From Asterias rubens (taxonomy: Eukaryota), in the NCBI RefSeq assembly GCF_902459465.1, contig NC_047081.1, forward strand, positions 2,232,001-2,296,000: 64,000 nt of DNA, given 5' to 3'. This document shows positions 26,142-39,381 of the stretch, in pieces. The translations under genes were made by a program, and so were the position numbers. Each line of letters opens with the position of its first letter. Within the stretch, counting starts at the first letter, position 1. Below the pieces are notes generated by a model. That model was not told where the DNA came from. It made no database searches and saw only the letters and a list, made by a program, of their open reading frames with translations.

Positions 26142-27116
26142 TTCAAATTCTAAACTTAAAGTCTCGAAATCAAATTTGTTGAAAATTACTTCTTTTTCGA
26201 AAAATACGTCACTTCAGAGGGAGCCATTTCTCCCAATGTTTTATACCATCAACCTCTCCCCATTACCCGTTACCAAGTGAGGTTTTATGCTAATAATTAT
26301 TTTAAGTAATTACCAATAGTGCCCACTGCCTTCTTGATATTTCTTTATAAACTCACTGCAGTGCAGAGATATTTACCACCATCCTACAGAAACGGCAATC
26401 TACCTTAAAACATGAATCCTAAATACATAGGTTTTTCCCAGAGAGAAAAAAAACCCTGGCTTTTACCCAAAATGCCTCTAAACTAACTGCAGAGATATTT
26501 ACCAACATCCTATAGGAATGCCAATCTATCTAAAAACATGAATCCTAAACACATATTTTTTTCCACAGAGCAGATATTCTCCTCCTTGGTAGTATATAAA
26601 TCTCCACCGCTGGTAACTTAAACCCATTCCTCAAGTCTCAACCAAGCAAAATGGCCTCCAGGCTACGAGGCAAGATATCAAAAGACATGATACAATATCA
26701 ATTTTTTTTTGTGGCCAGGCATTTCTGGGGCATGTGTCACTCGACTATCGAGTACTGAGTAGGAACACGCAGCGTTTAGTGTTTTAATAACGACACTGCA
26801 GACCCGAGCTGCCATGATACTTGTGTATCGCAGTGCAAACATCGTCCGTAGCCAAGTGACCGAGTTTTGGTATAGAAAAAAAGGGATTTGAACCCTGGAC
26901 CTCTCAATCAATAAGTAGGTCAAAACTACTTAGGATCCCCGTGTCTGGTAAATAATTCACTTTGTAGATCTCTTTCGGGAAGCGCAGAGAGGATTTGTTT
27001 CTTTCCAATTTCAAAAAGACTATTGCAGATTCTCCTCATGGAGCATCCAGTATGCTTTACTTACTCTAATTAAAGTAAACTGAACCCAATTTCAATGAGC
27101 TGCTCAAACTTATTAA

Positions 27117-27458
27117 AGGCACTGGACACTATCGGTAATCACTCAAAATTATTGTTAGCATCAAAACTTACTGGTTAACGATCAATGGAGAGCTGTCAAA
27201 GTTGCGAGATAATAATGGAAGAAAAAACACCCTTGTCACACAGAGTTATGTGCTTTCAAATGCTTGGTTTCAGGACCTCAAAATCTAATTCTGAGGTCTT
27301 GAAATCAAATTCGTGGAAAATTACTTCTTTCACGAAAACTATGTCACTTCAGAGGGAGCTGTTTCTCACAACGTTTTTATACTATCAACAGCTCTTCATT
27401 ACTTGTTACCAAGAGGTTTTTGTTAATAATTATTTTGAGTAATTACCAATAGTGCTTT
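27117..27458. mobile_element. Kolobok-like MITE family A
   Basis: TTAA|aggcactggacactatcgg; ORF 27185..27442 is its translation. Confidence 0.8.
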
Positions 27459-28249
27459 TAAGGAGCACAATTAGTGACGGGTTCTCCAGTCTCATGTTTT
27501 GCTGTTTAGCAGAATTTATCTAAGCAAATTTCCTGCTTATTCAGCTCTATGGGAATTGGCCGTGAGTAAACTTGTACTATGACAAACAAAAGTCTGGCCC
27601 TAAAGGATCCCAATCAGATTGCGACAAAAATGGAGGCAATTCTTGATAATAATACTTAACATTGCCAGCATCATTTATCTATCAAGTTTTTCTTTCACCC
27701 CACTCAACAAAATGACAACATCCCTTTAAAACATGATTTCATTGCTTGAAAAAAGTACACCGACAAAATTGCTTAGGGTGCAATTTGTGGCGATTCTAAG
27801 GGTCTTTTGAATTGTGTGAATTCTGCGCGTTGTGCATTCATTGTGCACGGAAAAACATGTGGTGACTTTTCACTTTACAGATATGATGTACTTTTCCTGT
27901 CTATTAGGGTTTGGTTTACACTATTCTTGAGGAAGCGCCATTGTGTGCAGTCACATCTTGCTTTCCTTCAAAGAAACATCCCACATCTTTTCTTCTTACC
28001 CCTTGGTGAGAATCACGTCCTTTTTTTTTTTAGAAAGAACAAGACAACTTTGTAGATACTATTTTCGTTTCTATTACAGCCATACTTGTAACGACAAAAA
28101 TCACACAAAAACAAATATGAGCTTGAATGAGCCTAGTGAAATGCCAGCTTGCACTTTCTGACAGTTGTGTTTTTCACAGAGGCCATCAAGTTAATTCCCT
28201 CATCCCACCCTGCCCCCATCATAATCATTAATTTGGTGCCTCAACAAAA

Positions 28250-28735
28250 CAGAGCCCAATCTCATAGAGCTGCTTAAGCACAAGTGGCTAAGCAAAATAA
28301 AATCATGCTTAGCAGAATACAGTTACCAGCTGAACTACCATGTCACATGTCAGTTTGTGTCTGGTAACATTCTGCTAAGCACTGTGTAGCCGCCAATTGT
28401 TAAGCAATATTTTCTGCTTACATAGGGCTCTGTTCTTTCAGACTGGAAGTGGCAATTCCATCCACAAATTTGTCAAGTGAAATTGTTTTGATGAAAACTG
28501 GTATCATTCTGCTTAGCAGACAATTAAAAGATTATTTCTGCTTACATAGGACTCTGTCCTTTCATACTGGAAGTGGCAATTCCATCTACAACTTTGTCAA
28601 GTGAAATTGTTTTGATGAAAACTGGTATCATTCTGCTTAGCAGACAATTGTTAAGCAATATTTTCTACTTCAGCAGCTCTATGAAATTGGTGCTTGTTCT
28701 ATCAGACTGGAAATGGCAATTCCCTCCACACATTT
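28250..28735. mobile_element. 'gggcccaatttcatagagctg' palindromic MITE with internal tandem duplications
   Basis: cagagcccaatctcatagagctgcttaagca left end; gactggaagtggcaattcc block repeated three times; cagctctatgaaattgg right end. Confidence 0.75.
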
Positions 28736-29706
28736 GTCGAGTGACAGTTAAAAATAAAAAACCAGAACATGAAAGTAGCTCCAACAGTCACCAGACATGG
28801 ATTTCAATATCAGGACATTGAAGGTTCTCTCACAGACTTTGAGTTTCATTTCCCATCTGCTAGACATTCCAAAATCATTCCAAGTTCATCCAGTTAATAT
28901 CCCGGGGAAAATCCACGGGTATTACGGGCTGTACTTGCTTCCGAATCTCAGCAAAGAAAAAGAAAAAAAAGTCAGCCACAAAATGGTAGCCATGTGGGGT
29001 TCCCATCACATTTCAAGCCCCTGTCCAACATCTCGAAAAGGTTGCCTGTGGTCTGATGGATCGACCAGTCGTGCAGGCATGTGAAGTGCTCCAGCAGATC
29101 TGAAAGCAGTCCGCCATCTTGAAAAAGAGCAAAGTTGGTTAAAGCCGCCGATAGTAGAGAGGGCGGCTAACCGATCACAATTGCACTTGGCAGGCGCTCT
29201 ATCTATTCCAGAACTATACACCAATCAGATGATCCAAGCATTCATCACAATTCGAGCAAAACTTGATCAAATTATTTGCCAGGTATTCCTCTTCTCTGCC
29301 AACTTAAAGCCGAACCTCATCCCGACGGAGCCACACAAAATCAAATTGTCATAACTATTTAGTGATGAAGATCATCATACAAAGCTAGGAAGCCTTTGAT
29401 CTGGTTATTTAGAGGTTACGCTCCGTGGTGTATATACCGGTGAAATTAGATTTACGACTCGTATTACATTTACAGCCTTTTCATTTATTGAATGAAATCG
29501 AGCAAGATCAGTGTTAAGCCATTTGCCACACTCTGCAGTTCTTTCTAAATCATGTTTAGTTTGTGTAAGAACAAAATAAGGATTTGACCTTCAATATAAA
29601 CTGTTCACTTCAATGTCTAAAAAGCACTGGGAAAATATTCATTAAAAAGGTATGATCTTATAAGGTATGTTGTACAGTAGTAACACAAATGTAACTCTTG
29701 CGTTAA

Positions 29707-30087
29707 AGGAACACGTTGCCTTGGATCGGTCAAGTTGGTCTTTGAAAAGCGTTTGTAATCGTTTGTTATAAAATGCACATGGGTAGAAAGATGTTGTAAA
29801 AGTAGAATACAATGATCCACACAAACATGCCTCGAAATTGCACAGATTTCCTTCTACCTCGTCGACTAACACAATCGGCCATTTATGGGAGTCAAATTTT
29901 TGACTCCCATAAATGGCCGACCGTGGTAGTTTGCAAAGTAAAAGAAAAGCCACGCAGTTTCGAGGCAAATTTGTGTGGATCATTGTATTCTACTTTTTAA
30001 ACATTTTTCCAACCATATGCATTTTATAACAAACAGTTACAAACGTTTTTTATAGACCAACTCGTCCGAACAAGGCAACGTGTTCCT
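29707..30087. mobile_element. Palindromic Kolobok-like MITE family C
   Basis: TTAA TSD both sides; TIR aggaacacgttgccttg / caaggcaacgtgttcct; long internal inverted symmetry, which is why ORFs 29642 and 29812 mirror each other. Confidence 0.9.
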
Positions 30088-30485
30088 TTAAACTGCCATT
30101 CGGCCAGCGAAGTGGTGTATGCTTGAATTTAGAAAATGGAAGTTTATTTCCCCTAAGAACCTACTTTCATCCTCTGGTTGTGTTTCAGTATTTTGTTTCT
30201 ATCAGTTTATCTTCTACAAGACATCACCATCCAAACAATGAGTGAGTGCTGTCACACCTTAGACAGGTCCTTTAATTCCCTTTCACAGCTCGGCCGCAAA
30301 GATAAGAAACAACGGCGACGACAACTCCAATCAGGCCGAACTCAAACCTGACTGGTCAATATCTCACGTTCTCTTATACCTGAAATAATCCCTCACACCT
30401 ACTCTCAGTCATCGGCCGTCCACGCTGCTAGAACAAATATTCTCCAGATACAATATTTTGCTAATTTAACAAGCCGAAGCCTAAC

Positions 30486-31228
30486 CAGATTTCTTGGTGC
30501 GTTGATCGATTTCCGGAGGTTGGCATGAAGACAAAAATGAAGGGGCTGTTTTGCTTAGGCCTAGTGTAGCAGAACTGTGACCGCTATGAACTGCAGTGCA
30601 CAAACCCGTGGTACAATTTTGTGCGGTGAAAAAAACCAGAAATTGCAGAATCACTGGGGCTATGCGAGAAATGACGCGGTCTGTTGGAAAACAAACACTC
30701 CAATCTTGACGTTGCATTTTCCGAAACAAGCTTATATTAATAGCCACGAAGGCTTCATAATCGTTATACTATAGTCTTATAAAACAGAGCATAACCCTTT
30801 TAACCAAAAGCGCTTAAACAAACAACAATCCTAAAAACCAACTTAGTGACAAATCTATTTAACTCGGTCTTACAAAACTTGTTACCTCAAAAATCTTTAC
30901 TGTATTCTCAAGACAAGAAGGAATGTACAAATTACAACATTTTTCAACAGTACTGACTGGTTTATTTTTCATCTAAGAAAAGCTTAGAGAGTAATGTGGA
31001 GACCCTTTAAAGCCCAAGTCAGGGCATCAACAGAGTACAGATTCGCTCCATTAAACAAGATAATATGATTGCTGACAGGTACCGGGCAAGAAGAATGAGC
31101 ACCTGAGTGTATCCTGATAGGCTAGTTAGTACATTGATCAATTGGTCAGTGCCCTGATTAGTTATTCATAGGTTTTAGACTTCTCAGTCATCAGATACTA
31201 TACCTACTTTACCATTGTGGCGGCCATC
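30486..31228 (-). CDS. Candidate 5' exons: 31228-31204 (MAATMVKV) spliced to 30680-30486 (DRVISRIAPVILQFLVFFTAQNC...)
   Basis: ATG within YY1-type caagATGGCCGCC; donor AG|gtatag; acceptor gtttgttttccaacag|; frame stays open and includes a hydrophobic stretch. No homology recognised. Confidence 0.25.
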
Positions 31229-31299
31229 TTGTTTGTTCGTCCGCGATCTGTCAACACAAGTCACCGACATCAAAGTGAGGCCGAGAGGGTAAGATGGTA

Positions 31300-31649
31300 C
31301 AGGGTCCAATTTCATAGAGCTGATTAAGCACAAAAAGTAGCTAAGCATAAACAAATTATGCTTTCTATCAGGATACAGTTGGATTTGAAACTTTGCATGG
31401 TGGTAGTATAAGAGAGGTATGCGGTAACACCACGTGAATATCTCTTTTGAGTATAGTGTTGGTTCTGAAAAGAACCTGTGGTTAACGACTCAACGTTTCG
31501 ATCAGTATGCTCTGTCCATCTTCAGGACAAATCCAGGACAGCACGCAGTTACCAGCGTAACTACCAAGTGTGACTGCTAATTTCTGCTTAGCAAAAAATT
31601 GTGTTAAGCAATATTTTCTGCTGAAGTAGCTCTATGAAATTGGGCCCAG
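31300..31649. mobile_element. 'gggcccaatttcatagagctg' MITE interrupted by a hammerhead-bearing insertion (31381-31534)
   Basis: cagggtccaatttcatagagctg / agctctatgaaattgggcccag termini; foreign 154-bp block in the middle. Confidence 0.8.
31489..31528 (-). ncRNA. Minimal type I hammerhead ribozyme motif (Penelope-type)
   Basis: Minus strand: CUGAAGA-U-GGACAG-agcaua-CUGAUC-GAAA-CGU-U-GAG. Core is intact, stem II has one mismatch, helix III is a palindromic ACGU. Confidence 0.6.
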
Positions 31650-33242
31650 ATCGCGTTGAGGTTTTGTTATTTTAGTAATGAATGAACCAACTCATCCATC
31701 GGAAATAGCGTGACACTCCGGTAAAGTAAACAGAAAAGCAAACAACAGATTCCTGTGGTTGAATTTCTTTTATAAAAAAAAAAGACTAGAATTACATTAT
31801 AGATTTTCAGTGAATTCTTCCGGACAAAAAAAACACACTCAATATGATTTGATAATTTTACGCCTAGGTAAAAACCACACGACATAATCAGTTGAAGAAA
31901 AAAATGTTTGTCTGCGTGCAAGCAGCTTGCTGTTTGACTCAAAGTATAAGCAACCTTGGTCTATTGTGAAGGCATGTGTTCGCTGGTCTTAAGACAGTTA
32001 ACCACATTATACAATGATCTGCTCTATCCCTATTGACTTCACAGCAGGGGCTCTGCGTGCGGTGATGGGCTTAACTTGTTTTGATTTATCAGCGAAACCT
32101 GCAAAAATAACAACTTTCTGGTCTGTGCAATTTAAACTAATGAATCAAATATTTTTCCTAAAACTGTTGGGACTTACTGGTAAGATCCCAACGTAAATTA
32201 TTTTCACTTTATTTTTATTGATTAGTTGTTTCTGAGTTGTCAAAATGGTTACGATGGTTAGAAAGTTATGATTCATTTGTTGTTTCGGAGTTGTCAAATA
32301 TTGAAATGGTTATAAACACAAGATGATATTAACGCGCCTTGACTCAATCTGCTGCTGCACAACGTCTTTCAACATTGCTACACACATTCCCAAATGTTCA
32401 GCTACATTATGTCCTAGGTTTGACAGTTCTTGAACGCTCGTTTCTAACAAGCCTTTGTTGTCAGTGTTACATAAAGATTATACAGAAATGAAAACAACTT
32501 TCGAGACCAATATTAACAATTAGTCCATCCGAATTAACCCACGACACCTTAAGCAACTGCCTCGGTGCCCGGTGTTTTTGCTGACGTGCCCTTTGCAAAA
32601 ATCCAATGCAAATTGACATTTTCCTTATCGAAGTGCCGCTTACCAGAGCAAAATTGCTGTGCCCCTTGAAGAGTGAAGTTCCAAGACAGAAACTATACTG
32701 CTACACTACCGTTTCTTTCCAAAACCTTCACATCCTTCATGTGTTGCCTTTCAAAATGTACCCTCCATCTTCCCTCTGCCTCCCCCCCCCCCCAAACAAA
32801 CCCAAGAAACTAGGAAAATACGGTCAGACTGAAAGGCTAGTATCTGGTACAGCGTTCATAAGGTCACACGTACTCTGACAAACCCCGACAATAACCCAAA
32901 CAGAGCGACCTGGAAAAATCTGGGGGAAGGCTTTGCCCCAAATTGCTTCCCTGTGGCCCTTAAATAAACCCATTCTATGCCGTAATTTGTGTGTAACTGC
33001 CCCCTCTTTCATCGGCTCCGATATCCCCTTTTAAATCCTTAGCCAAACCATGCCAAAGCCATTGCAATCTTATTGTGAAGGTTACATGAATACTAATCCC
33101 CTCGATAGCCCCTAGAGGTGCGCAGTGCGGGTCCCCCGTCTTTGTTCACCAGGGGTTCTGGTCAGGGTGTCTGCTGAGCTCCTTTGTCAGCGCTCGCTAA
33201 GCTATGGCCTCCGCAAGGGATTTACAAACGATTTCTATGTTT

Positions 33243-33580
33243 AGGTTTGGTTTTTTGGTTTTGCTGTCTTTCACTTTCATCCAAATCCCTTGATTCCAGA
33301 GTTGTAAAATGTGCCTTCATATAAATATTTTTTTTTTCCCTCACTATTCTGTTTGATTCGCAAACGCTTTCTTTGTTTGGGTTTAGTTTTTGGTTTTGCT
33401 GTCTTTCACTTTCATCGAATCCCTTGATTCTAGAGTTGTAAAATGTGCCGTCACGTAAAAAGTTTTGTTCTCACTATTCTGTTTGATTCACAAACGCTTT
33501 CTTTGTTTGGGTTTAGTTTTTGGTTTTGCTGTTGATTCTAGAGTTGTAATGTGCCTTCATACAAAAAGTTTTATTTCTAA
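33243..33580. repeat. Tandem repeat, about 2.5 units of about 130 bp
   Basis: tttttggttttgctgt...ttgattc.agagttgtaa..tgtgcc and ctcactattctgtttgattc.caaacgctttctttgtttgggtttag repeated. Confidence 0.85.
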
Positions 33581-33839
33581 GTATTCTGTTTCTGTTGTTT
33601 TTTTAAGGTGTGTTTTAGAAAAATGGTTCTCAAAAGTTGCCGCCTTTTCATTCTTGCGTTTTCTAAAAAGATTTCATTCAAGTTTTCCCCGTCAATCCTC
33701 CAAAGACAAACCATGCCATTGTCGGATGTTTAACCAGGGATTTTGTTCTTAAATTTCTTTTCACGATGTTAAAGTAATGAAAAGAAACTGACCTTCAACC
33801 TAAATGTAGAAAACCCTACGGTGCACTTTTGAAAAGTTT

Positions 33840-34050
33840 GGGCATCAGGTTGGCTCAGTGGTTCCCCTGCCAGGTTTGAGTCCCACCATAGACCTGGAGC
33901 CTTCCATGTGGATAGGGTTTTCAGTTCCTCCTTACAAGATTTTTCCCAATTTGTGATTTAATCCCATATCTAAAACTCAACAGTTCTCCTATTTTTCTCT
34001 GCACTATCCTGTTATTGACGCTTTACTGTTGGATGTGCAATGAATTAAAT
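33840..34050 (+). mobile_element. Decayed tRNA-SINE-like fragment (second family)
   Basis: A-box-like TGGCTCAGTGG and B-box-like GGTTTGAGTCCC, abnormally close together. Confidence 0.35.
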
Positions 34051-35387
34051 AAACAATTAATTGACTCATTTTTTTTATTTTGATCGCCACAGCTATAAGC
34101 CTGATAAATATAAAAACATTTCAGCGATAATTCTTTAAAGGGACAATCGAATAGCTTCTGACTTTTTCCCAGGGCTGTTGTAAGTTGGTTTCATTAAAAA
34201 CGAGGCTTAACCATAATGAGCTCTGTACTCAGTGCTTATCACATTGGTGTCAGTTTAAACAAAATATGAATTACAATAATTCAAACTAGGTATGAATATG
34301 CCTACAGTATTGATTAAAATTTATGCATAAAATGTTTCGCGCAATATCAAACTGTCGGAACTACATAGCACACACTCATAATTGGTGCTCAGAGTAAACA
34401 AAATAACAATCTAACTAATTCAAACGAGGTATTGATTTGATCTTATGCAGAAAATGTTGTGGCAATGTCGCCGGTCAGAATGTATATAGCATCCTTATCT
34501 AACGCTTTGAATACTGCCGTCTCTCTCAATACATTTACACTTCTGCCGATACCGTAAAGGTTACGTCCATAGTGGATATAATGTAATTAACTCTATTGAC
34601 ACACGGCAATTAGAAGCGTCAACAATAGTGAGACTTATTGACTGATGAACAATGGGTTCAGGATTGGGTCTGCAGGTACTATTCTATAGAGTATACCAAT
34701 TAATGTTCCTTGCAGAAGTGATATGTTTGCCGGTAAACTCGGCACTCAGTGTTTGCAAGACACCCACACGCGCGCCGTTAGGTTTGCACATAGACACCGA
34801 GCAAGCAAAGATTCTTGTACAAGAAATTGAGCCGAGCTAGAGTTCTGTATGCTAACCATTTTGAAAGAGTTTGCCCTTAACTTTTTTTGTATTGACTAGA
34901 TAGCCAGCAAGACCGGTTTACCGTGTCATTTTACTTTTTAGTCCTTCACAAGTTTAGTTTTCAAGTTAAGTTTTCACAAGTCCATATAATTTTAAATGAT
35001 ACAGGAATACTTTTCAACACTGAAACAGCCAGGAAGATCAGTTTACTAGATGTTAAATTTGCATCGGGGATAAAGAATATTAATTTTTGGTTTTTACCCA
35101 TGTACACCGATGTGTGTAGCACTGTATACTCAGTACTTTCCCGAGACCTGTGAAAAAAATCACAGGCATTTTACCTTCTCATTCTACATGTCTGCCAGAA
35201 CTTTCACTAGTCCATATAATATTTCAAATGAAAAAGGGATGCTTTTTCAAAATTGAACTAGCCAGCCTAACTTGGAGAGAATTTTGACTGGTCCTCTTGT
35301 GTTTTAACTGGCATTGGCCAGCAGACCACAGTTAAGGGAGAACATTAGTGAAAGTAATGCTAGCTTGTGATCCTCTGGACAAAGAGA

Positions 35388-35547
35388 GCCATGCTTCGTT
35401 TTTGAAAGGGCAAGGGCACCAAGGCATTTTCTCTTTGGCAAAGGGCACCCTATGAGGAAGTTGTAAATTTCTACTGTAACATTTCAAGGGCACCAAGGCA
35501 ATGACAAGGGGCACAGAGGCAATCGCCTCCGTGAAGTATCAGGCCTG
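35388..35547. mobile_element. CAG-terminal MITE family copy (others at 36088-36241, 37725-37890, 41436-41534, 49820-49955, 58913-59066, 62908-63045)
   Basis: tttgaaagggcaagggcaccaaggcattttct...gaagtatcaggcctg; source of the recurrent MPWCPCPFKNE ORF text. Confidence 0.8.
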
Positions 35548-38308
35548 TCTGACTGTCACTTGCCATGATATTGGTTTGACTGTCACTTGCCACGACATTA
35601 GAACAGGCATTTTCAACATTAAAGTATCTGTTATTTCCGAGGGCATAGCAAGTTAGTTCGTACTAATACCAGACATTTGTATTTCTTTCAATTAATGTAG
35701 CACCACTAATGCAGATTAGGAAACCCATGCATTTCGATTACTTCATTTAGACAAGCTGAGGTCACATTAGTTATTATTACTTAGCGGAGATGTTGCTCAC
35801 TCAATTAGACAGGAAATGTTTGGTCTCTGGCAGGGTCGATGGCTTCGAACAAATTAAGCCTTACTTACATGTTTGCATTTCATTTAGAAGTGATTTGGTG
35901 ATTGCGTGAGCAACATTTTGAGTTGATTTCTGTAGCTGTTTTCAGCAAGCCTTTTTAATCCAGAAAAGAAAATGTTGGGGGAGTGTCCACGTGCATGGGG
36001 GACAGGAAGACCTGGAGAAACCTCAGCCGTAACATCATTGACCAAGGACACCACTCGAAATAGAAGAAGAAAATAGTACATTTTGTGGCAAGGGCAACAA
36101 GGCATTTTCTCCCTGGTAAAGGGCACCCTGTCCCCAGGAGGAAATTGTAACTTTCTACTGGGGTATTTCAAGGGCACCAAGGCAATGGCCAGGAGACATG
36201 GGGACAATCGCCTTTGTTGCCTCTGTGAAGTATCAGGCCTGGAATGAAATAAAATAGCTTCAACCCTTATCATGAATGGCTGAATTGTAATTATAATCAA
36301 CACCGGCTTGAGAGTTCATTATTCTGTACGCTATATCAGATCAGGAGGGTCATTATGAACGCACCCTCCAATACTTTTTTTTTGCACCAGTATTAACGAC
36401 ACATCTTAATAAAGCATCTGGGGTCTGTTCATGCCATGTGATTTTTACACACACCGTTAAGACTCTCTATGGGAAGACTTATATGTTAGCTCTAGAGACA
36501 TCATCAGTGCTACAGTCAATAACAGGACGGTCCCAACAGAAATAGCTCTTGATAATTATTAACTAGCTGTGCACACAAAGAATACTTTGTACAAATTACA
36601 TGCACTCAAGCCAAGTACGGTCATAAAAGTACACAGATCTACAACCAGGGATGCTGGAAAAAAAGCTTGCTCGCATATACTATCGGGTCGGGAGTGCACA
36701 TGTTACCACTGGCGCCTTCAGGCACTTAACGAGCCATATTTTTGAGCAATTTGCAGAGAAATTAATTTGCCTACCCCCTTTTAATGACTCAAGCTACCTC
36801 TGCAATCACCTCGGGTAAAATATCGAGGGAACGAAAAAGGAAAAAAAAAACGTCCCGAAGTTTGACTGGGCAAGCCGAACAAGTGCATCTACCTGGCGGT
36901 TTTATGGTAGGCCAGGCATACACAATGATATTTATTGCCCCCCTGTAGCTACTCGGCTGGACAAAGAAACCCCATGCCTGAACAATCCTTCGATTCTTTA
37001 CCCTCGGTGAGGTCACGCAACACATCTGCCAAAATGTTCGCTAATCCTCCCTTTAGGAAACCCAAGCAATAATTCCCCCGTCTGCCCCGCAGGGGGGCGC
37101 GAATCCCGGGTGTAATATTTCACAAGGGTTGTAATTTTTTAGGGGGGCTTGGGTTTTGTATTATTATGTTGGAGGGTGATTGGTGATATAATGAGCGGGG
37201 AATTGTGATTGTTGAGCGACGATTATTAAGTGAAGAATCAATTACTGTCATCCGTCAATCATCCGCTGGATCAGACTTTAAGCTTAGATCAGACCATATA
37301 TCAGACCTAGGTTATTAGTGTATTTTAACAAAAGAATACAAGATGAGTTATAATCTCACTTACATCTTACGCACAAAGAACACCTTTAGAGATGTCTCAA
37401 TTTTTAGGTGAACTCAACAACATGAAATTCAACACCCAGGCGATTTTAGGAGGGGTGAGTCACAGAGTTCTACTGCCAAAAACCTTGAAAAAAAATGGCA
37501 TCATTCATAATATATTTTATAAATGCAACAAAATGTAGGCCCAACATTTAATTATCCAGTTAAACTTTTGGATACTGTTCCATTGAACATCAGACTGAGA
37601 GTACAATTAGCTACCGCAGCAAATAACTTTTCTAAAATGGTGATAAAATCAATAAAAGTTCAGAAAAAGTATAATACAAAAATTTCACCTGCTAATTAGT
37701 ATTTTTGAAGCATAGGCCTAATTGCAGGCCCGATACAACGAAGGCTACAGAGGCTATCGCCTCCATGCCCCCTGGTCATTGCCTTGGTGCCCTTGAAGTG
37801 CTATGGTAGAAATTTACATTAGGGTGCCCTTTACCAAGTAGAAAATGCCTTGTTGCCCTTGCCCTTTCAAAAATGAAACATACAGGCCTGTGTACATGTC
37901 ACCAGTCTAAATGCTCGTCATGTGTATAAAACTAGTGCATCCATAAAAAGACCACACAGTGAGTGACTTTGCAGTCTCTTCTTGCTTCATCATAACACAT
38001 CTTCCCATTGATTCACACAGCAATTTCTGGGCTAATGTAAGTGCCATATTTGATTGATGGAGTATTAAATCATTTACACAGGAGTGAACCCTGTGGGTTG
38101 TTTGAAGAAACGAGAGCTAAGCAATGGAAAAACCAACTGGTTCTTTTTTTGTATATACAAACTAACAATTTTATTTGTAAGACTGAATCCCTCAAGCTAT
38201 ATGCACTTGTTTAGGTTGGTTTGAAACAGTTTAAGGACCTTATCAATGGGATTAAAGCTAATAGTGTTCCCGGCTACTGCACAGATTTTTACAATACTCG
38301 ATACTTGA

Positions 38309-38665
38309 AGGCAGTGGACACCTTTGGTAATTGTCACAGAGCAGTTTTCTCACTTGGTGTATCCCAAATTATGCATACAATAGCACATCTGTGAGAAAAT
38401 GTACTCAACTGGTCATCAAAGTTGGAAGAGTTAATGAAATAACAAAACACCCATGTTGCACAGATTTGTGTGCTTTCATTCAGATGCACAATAAAAGGCT
38501 CCAAGCCTGAAGTTTTTTATTATTTGAGTGAGAAACTACGGTACCTTATTCTCAAAAACTACGTTACTTCAAAGGGAGCTGCCTCTCACCTATCAAGCGT
38601 TTCATTGCTGTTACCAAGTTATTTTGTTAAATGCTGAACATTAGTTTGTGTTGCGTCCAGTGTCT
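38309..38665. mobile_element. Kolobok-like MITE family A
   Basis: aggcagtggacacc left end, gtccagtgtct|TTAA right end. Confidence 0.8.
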
Positions 38666-39212
38666 TTAAGGACCTTATGAAGCTTTTAGTGTTTCCCATG
38701 CTTCTGCTGCACAGTTACTTATTTTTTAAAATACTTGGACTTAACTTCTTTTTGTCTGGTGACTTTAAAGGAAGCAAGGCTCCTGGGTCTGTTCAGGAAC
38801 ATGGAAGGACATTCGATTGAAAAATGGGCGTGGGAGTAACTCATTGTATTGTTTCGGTTTAATATAATCCAGGGACATAACCTTGTACTTCCAAACAGAG
38901 GAAATGGACCAGCAGCCAGATCTTTATTGTGCACTTTTTTTCCAAGATAATACAACTCTTAACAAAACCAAACAATAAGGTGAGGAAATCATCTGGAAAG
39001 TTAAGCTGCTGCTAAATTATGTTGATCACAGTCCTTGGCCCTTGTTCCTAGGACTGCTTAAGCTTGAAAACAGCTGCAAAACAAAGACCTGTGCTATTGC
39101 TAAAACCATACAGCAAAAATACCATGTCACATGAACAGTTCGCAACTGGTTTTCTTCTCAATGTTGCTTATAAATCAGGAAAATTGTTAATACAAATTTC
39201 TTTCCATAAGCA

Positions 39213-39381
39213 CATGCCTGTTTTCGGAAGGGCAAGGGCACCAAGGTTTTTCTCCCAATTAGTAAAGGGCACCCTTAACTATGAGGTAAATTTCTACTGG
39301 AGCATTTCAAAGGCACCAAGGCAATGACCAGGGAGCATGGAGACAATCGCCTTCATTGCACCCTGTGAATTATCAGGCCTG
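39213..39381. mobile_element. CAG-terminal MITE with near-perfect 6-bp TSD
   Basis: Flanks TAAGCA / TGAGCA (5 of 6). Confidence 0.75.

Noticed and set aside
31204-31228. MAATM start identical to the human prefoldin 4 N-terminus
   Set aside because: No downstream PFDN4-like exons found by eye, so no symbol assigned.
35884-36303. 139-aa ORF, the longest in the track
   Set aside because: The first half is the translation of a CAG-MITE; the remainder is unrecognised.
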